From a bacterium (lineage in GTDB: Bacteria; UBA8248): 64,000 nt of DNA. Location of the stretch: NCBI GenBank assembly GCA_963692865.2, contig OY843592.1:3776001-3840000 (forward strand). Direction: 5' to 3'. Shown one piece after another: positions 9,444-17,672 of this stretch (within the stretch, counting starts at the first letter, position 1; each line of letters begins with the position of its first letter). The notes beneath the pieces were generated by a model, which saw only the letters and a list, made by a program, of their open reading frames with translations, had not been told where the DNA came from and ran no database searches. A program made the translations under genes and the position numbers.

Positions 9444-10729
9444 CGGTCGTCATCCCTTCCGCCCACGCGGGCGAGAATTTCCTCGATCGGATACGCGCCC
9501 AGATCCTCCCCGTCCGGCTCGAGCAGCCTGGCGCGGCCTCCCCTCTTCCCGCCGCGCTCGATGACGAGGCATTTCGACACGCCCGACGCCCGCGCGTATT
9601 CCAGCGAGCCCGCGAGGTCGCGGCGGATGATGTCGCGCGCCACCCGCCAGCCCCGCGCCCTGAGTTTGCGGGAAAGAACGATGCCCGAGCGCTTCTCTCG
9701 CGTGAGGTCGATGACGAGGAAATCCGTTCCGTTCCTGTTCCGCGCCCCTTGCGTCACGAGGGGAAGCATCTGGTTCAGGTCGACGGCGAATCCCGTTCCG
9801 AGCGCGTCGTCGCCGTACAGCCCCAGGAGCTTGTCGTAGCGGCCGCCGCCGCACACCGGGTATCCCGAACCCTCGACGAACCCCTCGAATATCACCCCCG
9901 TATAGTAGTCGAAATCCTTGAAATCGCACAAATCGAAGATGACCCGCTCGGACAGCCCGTACAACTCCAGGATCCGGAACACCTTCAGCAGTTCGCGAAC
10001 CGCGCCCCTGGCCGCCGGCGTCCTTATTTTTTCCTCCACGCCCCGGATCACCTCTATCCCGCCGAAACACTCCGGAATCCGCTCGAGCAGCCCGGCGTCC
10101 GTCTTCTCGCGCGGGACGCCCCGGAGGAGGCCCGCCACGCCCGAGGAATCGCGCAGGCCTATCGCTTCGAGCAACTCGGCCCTTTGCGCGCCCGCCAGGC
10201 CCAGGCCGTTCAGAACCCCGCGCAGGAACGCGCCGTGGCTGAGCGACATGCGGAAGTTGTCCACCCCGTTCGCCCGCAGGCATTCCACGGCGATGGCGAT
10301 CATCTCGGCGTCGGCTTCCAGGGAGACCAGGCCGATCAGCTCCACGCCCGCCTGCCAGAACTCCCGCTGCAACTCCCCCGCCACGTGGGCGTGGCGAAAG
10401 ACGTTCGCCGCGTAGGAGAGCCTCAGGGGCCGGGGATGGGCGGCGAGAATCGTGCCGGCCGCCCTCGCGATTTGAGGCGTCATGTCCGCCCGGAGGGCCA
10501 GCAGGCCGCCGCTTTCCAGATCGACCATCCGGTAGGTCTGCGCGTCGAGAACCTCCGAACCCGCCCTGGGGACGTAGAACTCGAACGCGGGCGTGAGGAG
10601 TTCCCGGAAGCCCCACTGCTCGAACACGCCGAGGAGGCTCTCCTCCACCTCTCTCTTGCGCTTCGCTTCGCCCGGCAGGAAAACGCGCGAACCACCCGGA
10701 ATGGCCCGCAGGGACGCCGTCTGTCTCAT
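9440..10729 (-). CDS. hisZ: ATP phosphoribosyltransferase regulatory subunit
   Basis: HisRS-like fold: LRADMTPQIAR, REFWQAGVELIG, YYTGVIFE, GGGRYD; located directly upstream of purA. Confidence 0.92.
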   Translation of the reverse strand: MRQTASLRAIPGGSRVFLPGEAKRKREVEESLLGVFEQWGFRELLTPAFEFYVPRAGSEVLDAQTYRMVDLESGGLLALRADMTPQIARAAGTILAAHPRPLRLSYAANVFRHAHVAGELQREFWQAGVELIGLVSLEADAEMIAIAVECLRANGVDNFRMSLSHGAFLRGVLNGLGLAGAQRAELLEAIGLRDSSGVAGLLRGVPREKTDAGLLERIPECFGGIEVIRGVEEKIRTPAARGAVRELLKVFRILELYGLSERVIFDLCDFKDFDYYTGVIFEGFVEGSGYPVCGGGRYDKLLGLYGDDALGTGFAVDLNQMLPLVTQGARNRNGTDFLVIDLTREKRSGIVLSRKLRARGWRVARDIIRRDLAGSLEYARASGVSKCLVIERGGKRGGRARLLEPDGEDLGAYPIEEILARVGGRDDDR

Positions 10730-12330
10730 GAAAAGCCCAACCGGACGAGGCAGGCGTCATAGACGTGGGGAATGGCCCGAACGCCCTCCATGACGGGCTC
10801 GGGCACCGGGTCGTCGAGTATGAGGACGGCGACGGCCATATCCTGCTGCCACACCCTGCCCAACTGCATCCCGGCGATGTTGATGTTGTGGTTCCCCAGC
10901 AGGGTGCCGATCTTGCCGATCATCCCGGGCCGGTCCTCGTTCCGGAATATGAGGAGATAGCCGCGGAGCGCCACGTCGACCGAGTAGTCGTCGATGCGGA
11001 CGATCCGGGGATCGTTCTTGCGGAGAAAAGTCCCCGCCACGGAGCGCTCGCCCGAGTCGGTCTTCACGCGAAGCTCGATCAGGTCGGTATAGAGGAGGTT
11101 CTCCGTCCGGGTCGTCGTCCTCACCTCGATGCCGCGCTCTTTCGCGAGCAGGAGGCCGTTCACCATGTTCACGCGGACGCTGGAGAGGAACCGGCCCAGC
11201 ATCCCCTTGATGGCCGAGGCGGCCAGCGCCCTCATGGGCATGTCGATGGCGCCGCCGTAGACCACTTCGAGCGTCTGCAGTCCCCCGCCCGCGAGCTGGG
11301 CCAGAAAATCGCCGAGGCGGTCGGCCAGGTCCAGGTGGGGGCCGATTTGCTCGAGCACCTCGGGACTTAAGGAAGGCAGGTTCACGGCGTGCCCGACCAC
11401 GCCTTCGGTCAGGTACGCCACGACCTGCTTCGCCACGCTGACCGCCACGTTCTCCTGCGCCTCCGCCGTCGATGCGCCCAGGTGCGGCGTGCAGACGACG
11501 TCCTCGCGCCCGATGAGCGGGTCGTTCGGGTCGGGAGGCTCCTGCTGGTATACGTCCACCGCCACGCCCCCGACCTTTCCGCCGTCGAGCGCCTCGGCCA
11601 GCGCCCCCTCGTCTATCAGCCCCCCGCGCGCGCAGTTGATGATGCGGACGCCGTCGCGCATCCGGGCGATTTCCTCTGCGCCGATGAGGTTTCCCGTTTC
11701 GGTGTTCTTCGGCACGTGCAGGGTGATGTAGTCGGACCTGGCCAGGAGTTCCTCGAAGTCCACCGGGCTCACCCCGCGCTGGGAGAGCACCTCGGCGGAG
11801 ATGTAGGGATCGTAGGCGAGGACGTCCATGCCCAGGCTGCGGGCGAACGTCGCCGTCTGCGAACCCACGCGCCCCATGCCGACGACGCCCAGGGTCTTAG
11901 AAGACAGCTCGCTGCCCACGAAGCGGCTCCGCTCCCACTTCCCCTGCTTGAGGGAGGAGACGGCGGAGGGAATCTTGCGCGCCAGCGAGAACATCATGGC
12001 GACGGTGTGCTCCGCCGTGGTGATGACGTTGCCGTCGGGCGCGTTCACCACCAGGATGCCGCGCACGCTGGCGGCTTCGAGGTCCACGTTGTCCACCCCG
12101 ATGCCTGCGCGCGCGACCACCTTGAGCGCCTCGCCCGCGCCCAGAAGCTCGTCGTCCACCCGCGTGCCGCTGCGGACGATGAGGGCGTCGGCCGTCTTTG
12201 CGGCTTCGAGTATCTCTTCGCGCGCCGCCGAGGTGCGGTCGAGGACTTCAAAGCCCTCCTGGTCCGCGAGTATCTCGTGCGCCCTCGGCGAGAGCGGCTC
12301 GGCAATCAGAACGCGAAACGCCCGGCTCAT
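10726..12330 (-). CDS. serA: D-3-phosphoglycerate dehydrogenase (long form with ACT domain)
   Basis: RAGIGVDNVD, GVVGMGRVG, INCARGG, TPHLGAST, NEDRPGMIG; real start at MSRAFRV. Confidence 0.96.
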   Translation of the reverse strand: MSRAFRVLIAEPLSPRAHEILADQEGFEVLDRTSAAREEILEAAKTADALIVRSGTRVDDELLGAGEALKVVARAGIGVDNVDLEAASVRGILVVNAPDGNVITTAEHTVAMMFSLARKIPSAVSSLKQGKWERSRFVGSELSSKTLGVVGMGRVGSQTATFARSLGMDVLAYDPYISAEVLSQRGVSPVDFEELLARSDYITLHVPKNTETGNLIGAEEIARMRDGVRIINCARGGLIDEGALAEALDGGKVGGVAVDVYQQEPPDPNDPLIGREDVVCTPHLGASTAEAQENVAVSVAKQVVAYLTEGVVGHAVNLPSLSPEVLEQIGPHLDLADRLGDFLAQLAGGGLQTLEVVYGGAIDMPMRALAASAIKGMLGRFLSSVRVNMVNGLLLAKERGIEVRTTTRTENLLYTDLIELRVKTDSGERSVAGTFLRKNDPRIVRIDDYSVDVALRGYLLIFRNEDRPGMIGKIGTLLGNHNINIAGMQLGRVWQQDMAVAVLILDDPVPEPVMEGVRAIPHVYDACLVRLGFS

Positions 12331-13466
12331 TCGTCGAATACCTCCTGCGCCGCCGCGAGGCCGCGCCCCCCCTCCACCGGAAAGCCCAGTTCGGCGAGGG
12401 TGGATTCCAGCGCGCCGACCGCCGTCAGCACGTCGGAGGAATCCACGTACCCCAGGTGGCCGATCCGGAAAATCCTGCCGCTCAGGGCGTCCTGCCCGCC
12501 GGCGATGGTCACCCCGTGCGCATCCTGCATTTTTCGGGGAATCGCCTTTCCGTCCACGCCCTCCGGCGCGCAGACGGCGGTGAGCGCCTCGCTCCTCAGG
12601 TCTCGGGGGAATATCTCGAGGCCCATCGCCTCGACGGCCGCCCCCGTCGCCCGCGCGAGCCGCGCATGACGCGCGAAGACGTTCTCCAGCCCCTCCTCGC
12701 GCATCATGTCGAGCGCGACCGCCAGGCCCGACAGGAGGGAGATGGCCGGCGTCCAGGCGGTGGTGTTCTTCATCTGGCTCTTCCGCTCGATGGCGAGGTC
12801 GAAGTAGTACCTCGGCGAGGCGGAGGCCGAAACGGCGCGCCAGGCCCGCTCGCTCAGCCAGACGAAGGCCAGCCCCGGCGGTAGCATCAGCGCCTTCTGG
12901 CTCCCCGTGATCACGGCGTCCAGGCCCCATTCCTCGGGCTTGAGGTCGTACACGCCCAGGGCGGTGATGGCGTCCACCGCCACGAGCGTATCGGGCGAGC
13001 GCTCGCGCACGAGGCGCGCGACGGCCCCCACGTCGTGCTTGGCGCCGGTGGAGGTTTCGCTCGCCTGCATCAGCAGGGCCTTGTGTCCGCCCCGCGCGAG
13101 GCGCGCCTCCAGGACTTCGAGATCGACCGAACGGCCCCATTCCACCTTCACGGCGTCCGCCTCGACCCCGTACGCCGCGCAGATCTCCGTCCAGCGTTCG
13201 CCGAACTTGCCGCCCTCGACGACGAGCGCGGAATCGCCCGGGGAGAGCAGGTTGGCCGCCGCCGCCTCCATGCCGCCCGAACCCGACGCGGCGAGGGTGA
13301 TGACGTCCCCGCTCGTCTGGAAGAGCCATTCGAGGCCGCGCCGCGTCTCCTCGAAGTGCGCCTCGAACTCCCGCGTGCGGTGGTGGATGAGGGGGCGCGC
13401 CATGGCTTCGAGCACCCGGTGCGGGACCGGCGTGGGGCCGGGGGCCATGAGATGGTGCTTGTTCAT
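12327..13466 (-). CDS. Class V PLP aminotransferase (alanine-glyoxylate / serine-pyruvate type)
   Basis: PGPTPVP, HHRT, ETSTG, VDAI, GSQKALMLPPG, FRIGHLG. Confidence 0.92.
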   Translation of the reverse strand: MNKHHLMAPGPTPVPHRVLEAMARPLIHHRTREFEAHFEETRRGLEWLFQTSGDVITLAASGSGGMEAAAANLLSPGDSALVVEGGKFGERWTEICAAYGVEADAVKVEWGRSVDLEVLEARLARGGHKALLMQASETSTGAKHDVGAVARLVRERSPDTLVAVDAITALGVYDLKPEEWGLDAVITGSQKALMLPPGLAFVWLSERAWRAVSASASPRYYFDLAIERKSQMKNTTAWTPAISLLSGLAVALDMMREEGLENVFARHARLARATGAAVEAMGLEIFPRDLRSEALTAVCAPEGVDGKAIPRKMQDAHGVTIAGGQDALSGRIFRIGHLGYVDSSDVLTAVGALESTLAELGFPVEGGRGLAAAQEVFDE

Positions 13467-13659
13467 TTTTCGTTCTTTCCCCGATTGTCGTTGCGGACGA
13501 ACGCGCGGCTGCACCCCAAGGATATACCATCCCCCGCGAAACCCCTCAAGCGGATGCCGTCTGAAAAGCGGGGGCGATGCGTGAAGAAACGAGCGCAAAA
13601 GCCGGATTTCGCGCCCCTTTTCGCGAGTATTTATAAGGCCGTTCGCGAACGGCCCTCGC

Positions 13660-14492
13660 CGAAGAAAGCGGGCGCTTCGCGAACCGCCCCTGCGGGAAAA
13701 TCGCGGGGAAGGCGGAAGGCAGGAAGACAATGCCTTTCGTAGGTCGGACATATATGTCCGACATATCATGCGACCCTGATTTTTCGCCCCTCCGGCAACG
13801 GGCCGCATACTATGCGGCCCCTACGGGTGAAAACCCGATTGGCGCGGGAGGGGAGCCCGATCATCGAATTGTTCACCGTCATTCCGGCGGCATCGCCGTT
13901 TCCGTAGGTCGGACATATATGTCCGACATATCATGCGACCCGGCCTTTTTCGCCGCCCCTGGACGCGGGCCGCATGATATGCGGCCCCTACAGTCGTCAT
14001 TCGAGGGGGCGCACGGGAACCGCGACGGGGCCGTTGAAAAAACCCCCTGCCGGTCGGGACCCCACCGTAGGTCAGACATATATGTCTGACATGATATGCG
14101 GCCCCTGCGGGAAAATCGCGGGGGCGGCGCGGAAGGCGGAAGACAATGCCTTTCGTAGGTCGGACATATATGTCCGACATATCATGCGACCCTGATTTTT
14201 CGCCCCTCCGGCAACGGGCCGCATGATATGCGGCCCCTACAGTCGTCATTCGAGGGGGCGCACGGGAACCGCGACGGGGCCGTTGAAAAAACCCCCTGCC
14301 GGTCGGGACCCCACCGTAGGCCAGACATATATGTCTGACATGATATGCGGCCCCTGCGGGAAAATCGCGGGGACGGCGCGGAAGGCGGGAAGACAATGCC
14401 TTTCGTAGGTCGGACATATATGTCCGACATATCATGCGGCCCGGCCTTTTTTCGCCGCCCGGACGCGGGCCGCATGATATGCGGCCCCTACA
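13660..14492. repeat. REP/MITE mosaic containing a ~249-bp tandem duplication
   Basis: Identical segments start at 13974 and 14223; repeated GTAGGTCGGACATATATGTCCGAC and GCCGCATGATATGCGGCCCCTAC units. Confidence 0.9.
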
Positions 14493-14520
14493 AAAACCAA
14501 CCCCGCGGATATCCACCCAC

Positions 14521-14550
14521 AAAAAAACCGGGGGGCCGAAGCCCCCCGGT
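14521..14550 (-). terminator. Rho-independent terminator of porin A
   Basis: Minus strand ACCGGGGGGC-TTCG-GCCCCCCGGT followed by a T run. Confidence 0.9.
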
Positions 14551-14591
14551 CGGTTTCGCGTCAGGATGGGACGCGAACGTCCTTCATGCGG

Positions 14592-15821
14592 CTAGAAGAT
14601 GTGGCGAATCGTCCAGCCTGCCGCCCAACCATCGTCGGGAGTGTCGGCGTCGGCGGCCTTGCCGTAGTCGCCTCGCATGAGCATGGCGGCCACAGCCCTG
14701 AGCTCCAGGTTCGAGTGGATCTTCCACTTGAGGGCGACGTTCAGCTCGGTGCCGAAGTCCTTCGCGTCGTCCGTGCCGGCATCCATGGAACTCTCGGCGG
14801 CGCTGTAGAGGGATACGCCGCCGCCCAGCGTCAGGGTCTTGGAGACCTTGTAGTCGGCCAGGCCCTCGATCACGACCGCGCCGTTCATGCGGCTTTGCAG
14901 GGCGACGTCACGGATGTTGTTCCCGAACGTCGTCCAGCGGCGCGAACTCATGATGTGACTGCCGATGAACCAGCCGGAGCCGCCCAGCTGAGGCGTTTTG
15001 AACCTGCCTTCTTCGTTGTCGCCGGCGGTGTCGTCGCCGGAGAGCATGGTGAGGTTGCCCATGAGCTTCAGCTTGCCGAAGCTGGCGGAAGTCCGCAGCA
15101 GGAGCGCCCAGGCCGAGAGCTCGGTGCTGTCGTCGATATCGCCGCTCTGGAAGACGCCCGAGGCGTTGATGTTCAGCATGCCGGCCTTGGTCTTGGCGTG
15201 GAGGCCGAGGAAGCTGTAGTTGTAGCCGTTGTCCTTCCCGCTTCTGGAGTTGGCCGCCCAAGGCGTGAGCGTGAGGGTGGGGGCCACCTTGATGGAGAGG
15301 CCGCCGTAGTAGTCCGACAGGTCGGCGTTGGCGGAACTGCCGTCTTCCGCCGCCTTGGTGTGGAACAGGCTGAGCGAGACGTTCTTGCTGAGTTTGCCGT
15401 AGACCGCGACGCCCGGCTCACGATGGCGGCCGCCGCTGTCGTAGATTTCCTTGTCCGGCGAGAAGTAGTCCGTCCGGCCCCAGCGCATGCGCAGCGCGCT
15501 GCCCGGAATGGCGTAGTCGATCACCCAGCGGTTGACGCCCACGGTCTGCCGTCCGGCAGAGGTGAAGCCGCCGTTCGCGCTCTGGAACTCGGGCTCCCAC
15601 ACCGCCGTTACGGCGCCGCTCTTCATCGTGAAGCGCGGGCGGATGAGCGCGTCCAGATAGGCCTCTTTGTCGTCCGCGTCGTCGTTGCCGTCCTTGTTGA
15701 CGTTTTCGCTGGAGCCGCGCACCCGGAAGAAGCCGCTGAACTTGAAGTCGGCCGCGTAGGAAGGCGCGGTGAACGCCACGAGCAGCGTCAGCGCGAATAA
15801 AGCTAGCAGAAGTTTCTTCAT
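14592..15821 (-). CDS. Outer-membrane beta-barrel / porin-like protein (paralog A)
   Basis: Sec signal MKKLLLALFALTLLVAFTAPSYA, amphipathic beta-strands, acidic loops, C-terminal Phe (WTIRHIF); GAGGAG RBS. Confidence 0.82.
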   Translation of the reverse strand: MKKLLLALFALTLLVAFTAPSYAADFKFSGFFRVRGSSENVNKDGNDDADDKEAYLDALIRPRFTMKSGAVTAVWEPEFQSANGGFTSAGRQTVGVNRWVIDYAIPGSALRMRWGRTDYFSPDKEIYDSGGRHREPGVAVYGKLSKNVSLSLFHTKAAEDGSSANADLSDYYGGLSIKVAPTLTLTPWAANSRSGKDNGYNYSFLGLHAKTKAGMLNINASGVFQSGDIDDSTELSAWALLLRTSASFGKLKLMGNLTMLSGDDTAGDNEEGRFKTPQLGGSGWFIGSHIMSSRRWTTFGNNIRDVALQSRMNGAVVIEGLADYKVSKTLTLGGGVSLYSAAESSMDAGTDDAKDFGTELNVALKWKIHSNLELRAVAAMLMRGDYGKAADADTPDDGWAAGWTIRHIF

Positions 15822-16072
15822 TGTGTATTTCTCCTCACTGGAGGTTGAAAAAATGTTGCCGCGTTCCTTCGTGTTCGATGTCCTTGATTTCATTCGCGTT
15901 TCTTTTTGCTTCCATTGCAGGGCTTCTCGCTCTCCGGTTACCCCCTCTCTTGCAATGTCGCCCTGCGCATCGAGAAATATTTATCAACCGAACCGGATAA
16001 AAACCGGTTGCGCAAACACTCTTCCGGCCTGCGAAAATGGCCGCGCCATTCCGTCTTTCTCCAAAGAATAGA
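15714..16072. repeat. Left arm of ~360-bp inverted repeat (leader + 5' coding of porin paralogs)
   Basis: Reverse complement is nearly identical to 36863-37221. Confidence 0.93.
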
Positions 16073-16093
16073 GAAGACGGCGCTCTTTGTCAA
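16065..16093 (-). promoter_or_regulatory. Sigma70-type promoter for porin A
   Basis: Minus strand TTGACA (16093-16088), 17 bp spacer, TATTCT (16070-16065). Confidence 0.75.
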
Positions 16094-16312
16094 CCGGCAA
16101 TCCCGGTCGAAACCCCGAAAACCATTGCCGCGCGATTCGCATCCTACACCGGATTCGAAGACGGAAGCAACCCCTCAAGGGGTTCAATATCAAATTCTTG
16201 CAGGAATCTCCCCGCCGGAGCCAAGGGGCTGGGAGTTCCCCGCTCCGTCCGCTTCCCGGGGGCGAAGAAAAATTTTCCGCGCGCGCCCCCGCCCGGTCCC
16301 CGAAAATGCGCC

Positions 16313-16341
16313 TTGCGCCCATGAAACCTCCGGGCTATATT
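16313..16341 (+). promoter_or_regulatory. Putative sigma70 promoter (copy 1)
   Basis: TTGCGC-N17-TATATT; near-identical copy at 17370-17398. Confidence 0.6.
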
Positions 16342-16437
16342 CGTCCATGCAGACTCGAGGCCGGACGCCCGCCGTCCGGCGTGGGCTCCATCCGCCGGGG
16401 TCGCCGGTTCGGGCGTGAAAAACAGGGGGAAGAAGGC

Positions 16438-16758
16438 ATGACGATTGAATCGTGGGCCCTGCTGTTCCAGGGGCTGGCCCTCATCCCCGCCTACGGGGGG
16501 ATGCTCCTCATCTGGCACGGCATCCGCGTCATGTCGAAAAACGCCGAGATGCGGGCGGCGGACTCCGAACGCAAGCACGAGGAAGTGATGAGCGAATCCG
16601 CGCGCAGGCATGAGGAAGTAATGAGCGAATCCGTTCGCAGGCACGAGGAAGCAATGCGCAACCACGATAAGAGCATGGCGGCCTTGCGTGAACTCATCGA
16701 GGGGCAGGCCGAAAGCCGTCTGGCATTGCGCGAACTCATCGAGCGCACGGGGCGATAG
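16438..16758 (+). CDS. Small membrane-anchored coiled-coil protein with 11-aa repeats
   Basis: N-terminal hydrophobic helix then (RKHEEVMSESA)-like repeats; purine-rich RBS; tandem paralog follows. Confidence 0.7.
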   Translation: MTIESWALLFQGLALIPAYGGMLLIWHGIRVMSKNAEMRAADSERKHEEVMSESARRHEEVMSESVRRHEEAMRNHDKSMAALRELIEGQAESRLALRELIERTGR

Positions 16759-16789
16759 ATTTGACCGTGAAAACCGGAGGGGCGAAAGC

Positions 16790-17044
16790 ATGACGATTGA
16801 AGCGTGGGCCCTGCTGTTCCAGGGGCTGACCCTCATCCCCGCCTACGGGGGGATGCTTCTCATCTGGCACGGCATCCGCGTCATGTCGAAAAACGCCGAG
16901 ATGCGGGCGACGGATTCGGAACGCAAGCACGAGGAAGCAATGCGCAACCACGATGAAAGCATGACGGCCTTGCGTGAACTCATCGAGGGGCAGGCCGAAA
17001 GCCGGCAGGCCTTGCGCGAACTCATCAAGCGCACGGGCAGGTAG
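16790..17044 (+). CDS. Tandem paralog of 16438-16758 lacking two 11-aa repeats
   Basis: MTIEAWALLFQGLTLIPAYGG...; GGAGG RBS; 66 nt shorter than the first copy. Confidence 0.7.
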   Translation: MTIEAWALLFQGLTLIPAYGGMLLIWHGIRVMSKNAEMRATDSERKHEEAMRNHDESMTALRELIEGQAESRQALRELIKRTGR

Positions 17045-17075
17045 AATCGCCTGAAAACCGGGGCGACTCGCCGCG

Positions 17076-17357
17076 GGCCGTTGAAAAAGCCCTCCTGACA
17101 GGGTAAAGGCAACCCCCCCTACCCCCCTTGTCAGGGGGGTAAAAAAAACAACGCCTCTCGTCGGGGGGGGAGTAAATTCAAATCCCCCCTTGACGGTGTT
17201 GTTGAAAAACCTATCCCTCTCGCATCAACCACGTTTTACCCGTAGGTCGGACATATATGTCCGACATAGTATGCGGCCCGCATTGTGAAGGCGAAAAGGC
17301 AGGGCCGCATGATATGCGGCCCCTACACACTTCCTTCTCCGGCTTTCTCAACAGCCC
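17076..17357. repeat. REP/MITE mosaic
   Basis: GTTGAAAAA ends, CCCCCCTTGTCAGGGGGG palindrome, REP pair around TTGTGAAGGCGAAAAGGCA. Confidence 0.88.
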
Positions 17358-17369
17358 CATACACGCGCC

Positions 17370-17398
17370 TTGCGCCCATGGAACCCCCGGGCTATATT
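17370..17398 (+). promoter_or_regulatory. Putative sigma70 promoter (copy 2)
   Basis: TTGCGC-N17-TATATT, same context as 16313-16341. Confidence 0.6.
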
Positions 17399-17424
17399 CG
17401 TTCACGTCAATCGGAGGAAGGCGG

Positions 17425-17634
17425 ATGCCCGCATTCGAGGCGCTCCGCGCATCCAATCAATGCCGGGAGATTTCCAACTTGCGGAGGGAAGTCTCCAGCC
17501 TACGCAAAGAAATTTCCGATTTGAAATCGACAATACGCCGATCCGAGCAGGAGGCGGATATGCGCCGATTCGCATGGTGTGTGAGCCTAGGGGTATCCGG
17601 CTCGATCGTCGCCCTGGTCAAGCTCCTGCCGTGA
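17425..17634 (+). CDS. Small coiled-coil protein with C-terminal membrane anchor
   Basis: GGAGG RBS; heptads EISNLRREVSSLRKEISDLK, then hydrophobic tail IVALVKLLP. Confidence 0.55.
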   Translation: MPAFEALRASNQCREISNLRREVSSLRKEISDLKSTIRRSEQEADMRRFAWCVSLGVSGSIVALVKLLP

Positions 17635-17672
17635 GTCGGACCGGCGCCTCCCCGCCTTCACGGTAACGAACG

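Noticed and set aside
12331-13530. 400-aa N-terminal extension of SerA (934-aa ORF)
   Set aside because: Alternative frame of the upstream aminotransferase; SerA starts at 12330 with a 4-bp gene overlap.
13660-14492. Possible CRISPR array
   Set aside because: The intervening sequences are themselves repeated, the repeats alternate in orientation, and there are no cas genes; this is REP/BIME-like.
13730-14680. Recurring short ORFs with MSDIYVRPT / GRISCGP / MICGPY peptides (also near 6100-6800, 19900, 30000, 53700)
   Set aside because: Translations of palindromic REP modules, not credible genes.
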